This document shows, one piece after another, positions 62,666 through 64,000 of a stretch of DNA of 64,000 nt. The translations under genes were made by a program, and so were the position numbers. Numbering within the stretch: position 1 is the first letter of the stretch; every line of letters starts with the position of its first letter. This stretch comes from Spongospora subterranea f. sp. subterranea (lineage: Eukaryota), in the NCBI GenBank assembly GCA_049724395.1, contig JAUGWO010000112.1, forward strand, positions 248,001-312,000. The letters are read 5' to 3'. Below the pieces are notes generated by a model. It had not been told where the DNA came from, did no database searches, and saw only the letters and a list, made by a program, of their open reading frames with translations.

Positions 62666-64000
62666 TCAGAATCGGACATGCATTCGAGCTGGAGTCATAT
62701 GAGACGATGATGGAGGAGGTGGAGCCATTGGAACTGGCTCCGATACCAGCGGTTCGGGTAGAACAGGGTTAACCCTTGGGCGATTTTGAGGCGGGTCTGG
62801 CCGGCTTTTTTGCCGCTTAGGCATTTTACTATCGCGATTCTGGATAGCATGCCCACCGCTGTTACGAGCTTGTGGATGATCACGATCTGGATTAGAATCG
62901 CAATCCCGGCTTCGCTGCTTACCACGACAACGTTGGGCCTCACGATCTCGTTGTTGTTGACTACGACCGGCATTACGCTGCTTTGGAACCTGCTCACGAT
63001 TTCGACCTCTCTTTGATTGATTATTATGGTTCTGGTGGGAATTACGATCTTGATTAGCGTTGGAATCTGAACGGTACTTCATGCTGTCTGAAAGCAGACC
63101 GGCCCTCGACCTATCTTGTTCATCTCTAACTCGTTGACGTTGAACAGCAATGTTATGAAAATGATCTGGATTCATTTTAATCGCTTCCAGTTGAAGCTTG
63201 TGCTGTTGATGGTTGGAATCGCGGTCACGATTGAACGAGGCGATGTGGCACCTGTCACCATCATACGTCACTTCACGAAAATTTTCAATGGGTTTGACAG
63301 ATTGATTGTGATTAGACGCATCGAAACGTCGATAACTGTGCCATCCAGAAAATGGATTAGCAGCACTCAATGACGTTAAATCAGCAATAGCGGCTTCATG
63401 AGGTGGAAAGCCACGATTCGATAACGGTTTCTCATAAAAATGATGGAGCGAACCGTTTCCGCCAGACTTAGGAAGTGGCGAGAAGCTATAATTTTGCAAC
63501 GACGCGGTATTTACATCCTTAACGCACTCTTGATTCCTGTCTGTTGTGAAGTTAATTGAGGTCGTGGAAACGTCTCTCCTGATGGAAGGAGTTCCTGGGA
63601 CCGGCAACAGGACAGCCTTTTTCCAGCATGTTTCATCGATATCCACTGAATACGGAGAAGAACTGTTGCGAGCCTGGACGGGTTCTGGGTGAGCGATGGC
63701 ATCAGTGGTTGTTGGCTGTAGACCGACTAAAACTGAATTTGAGGCGTTCTCAAGGACGGAGGACTTGGTCAATGGATTATTGATAGAGTATTGCTGGCAA
63801 GCATCATTGCTTATGGAGTTGGGAGATAACGGACAGGAACCCAGTACGATCAGGGAATCAGCATTTTGATTCCAATCAAGTCTATTATGAACCGGAGGTT
63901 GAGCAACCACCTCAGGAACTGGTATGCGGGATTGGTCAGTGCAGAGAGTGGATGTGTTCACAACTTTGTCGTTTGAGGCCGGGCTTGATGGATTGCTCAT
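62666..64000 (-). CDS. Hypothetical low-complexity protein (Ser/Pro-rich, then Arg/Asp/Gln-rich); may extend beyond the window
   Basis: 444-codon open frame; no recognisable domain. Confidence 0.55.
   Translation of the reverse strand: MSNPSSPASNDKVVNTSTLCTDQSRIPVPEVVAQPPVHNRLDWNQNADSLIVLGSCPLSPNSISNDACQQYSINNPLTKSSVLENASNSVLVGLQPTTTDAIAHPEPVQARNSSSPYSVDIDETCWKKAVLLPVPGTPSIRRDVSTTSINFTTDRNQECVKDVNTASLQNYSFSPLPKSGGNGSLHHFYEKPLSNRGFPPHEAAIADLTSLSAANPFSGWHSYRRFDASNHNQSVKPIENFREVTYDGDRCHIASFNRDRDSNHQQHKLQLEAIKMNPDHFHNIAVQRQRVRDEQDRSRAGLLSDSMKYRSDSNANQDRNSHQNHNNQSKRGRNREQVPKQRNAGRSQQQRDREAQRCRGKQRSRDCDSNPDRDHPQARNSGGHAIQNRDSKMPKRQKSRPDPPQNRPRVNPVLPEPLVSEPVPMAPPPPSSSHMTPARMHVRF

Noticed and set aside
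1..64000. tRNA, rRNA or prokaryotic/viral gene cassettes
   Set aside because: No cloverleaf, rRNA-like tract, operon structure or viral hallmark gene was recognised; tRNAscan-SE/Infernal would be needed to exclude small RNAs.

Overview
Gene-dense eukaryotic genomic DNA with many short (~45-65 nt) GT-AG introns. Ciliary genes (CEP290, LZTFL1) imply a flagellated stage; the architecture is compatible with a compact protist genome such as a plasmodiophorid (inference only). Recognisable genes: GRAM-domain protein, multicopper-oxidase-like protein lacking its Cu ligands, aminotransferase class IV, hyccin/FAM126, Sds3-like, AATF/BFR2 head-to-head with bystin/ENP1, pyruvate kinase, TRM3/TARBP1, FAM210, a signal-peptide protein carrying an isolated P-type ATPase actuator domain, LZTFL1, AIFM3-like Rieske oxidoreductase, UTP10, CEP290 and a FANCF-like gene. 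Mobile-element debris includes a LINE ORF1/APE fragment, an LTR gag, a copia remnant, a Gypsy integrase-chromodomain remnant and a Penelope-like RT fragment. There are two minisatellites and five long inverted repeats. The most unexpected observation is that most intergenic gaps appear to carry decayed, intronless copies of one unnamed coding family (about 13 candidate copies, aligned by eye only). Gene boundaries are approximate, and several genes show homopolymer frameshifts that may be assembly errors.
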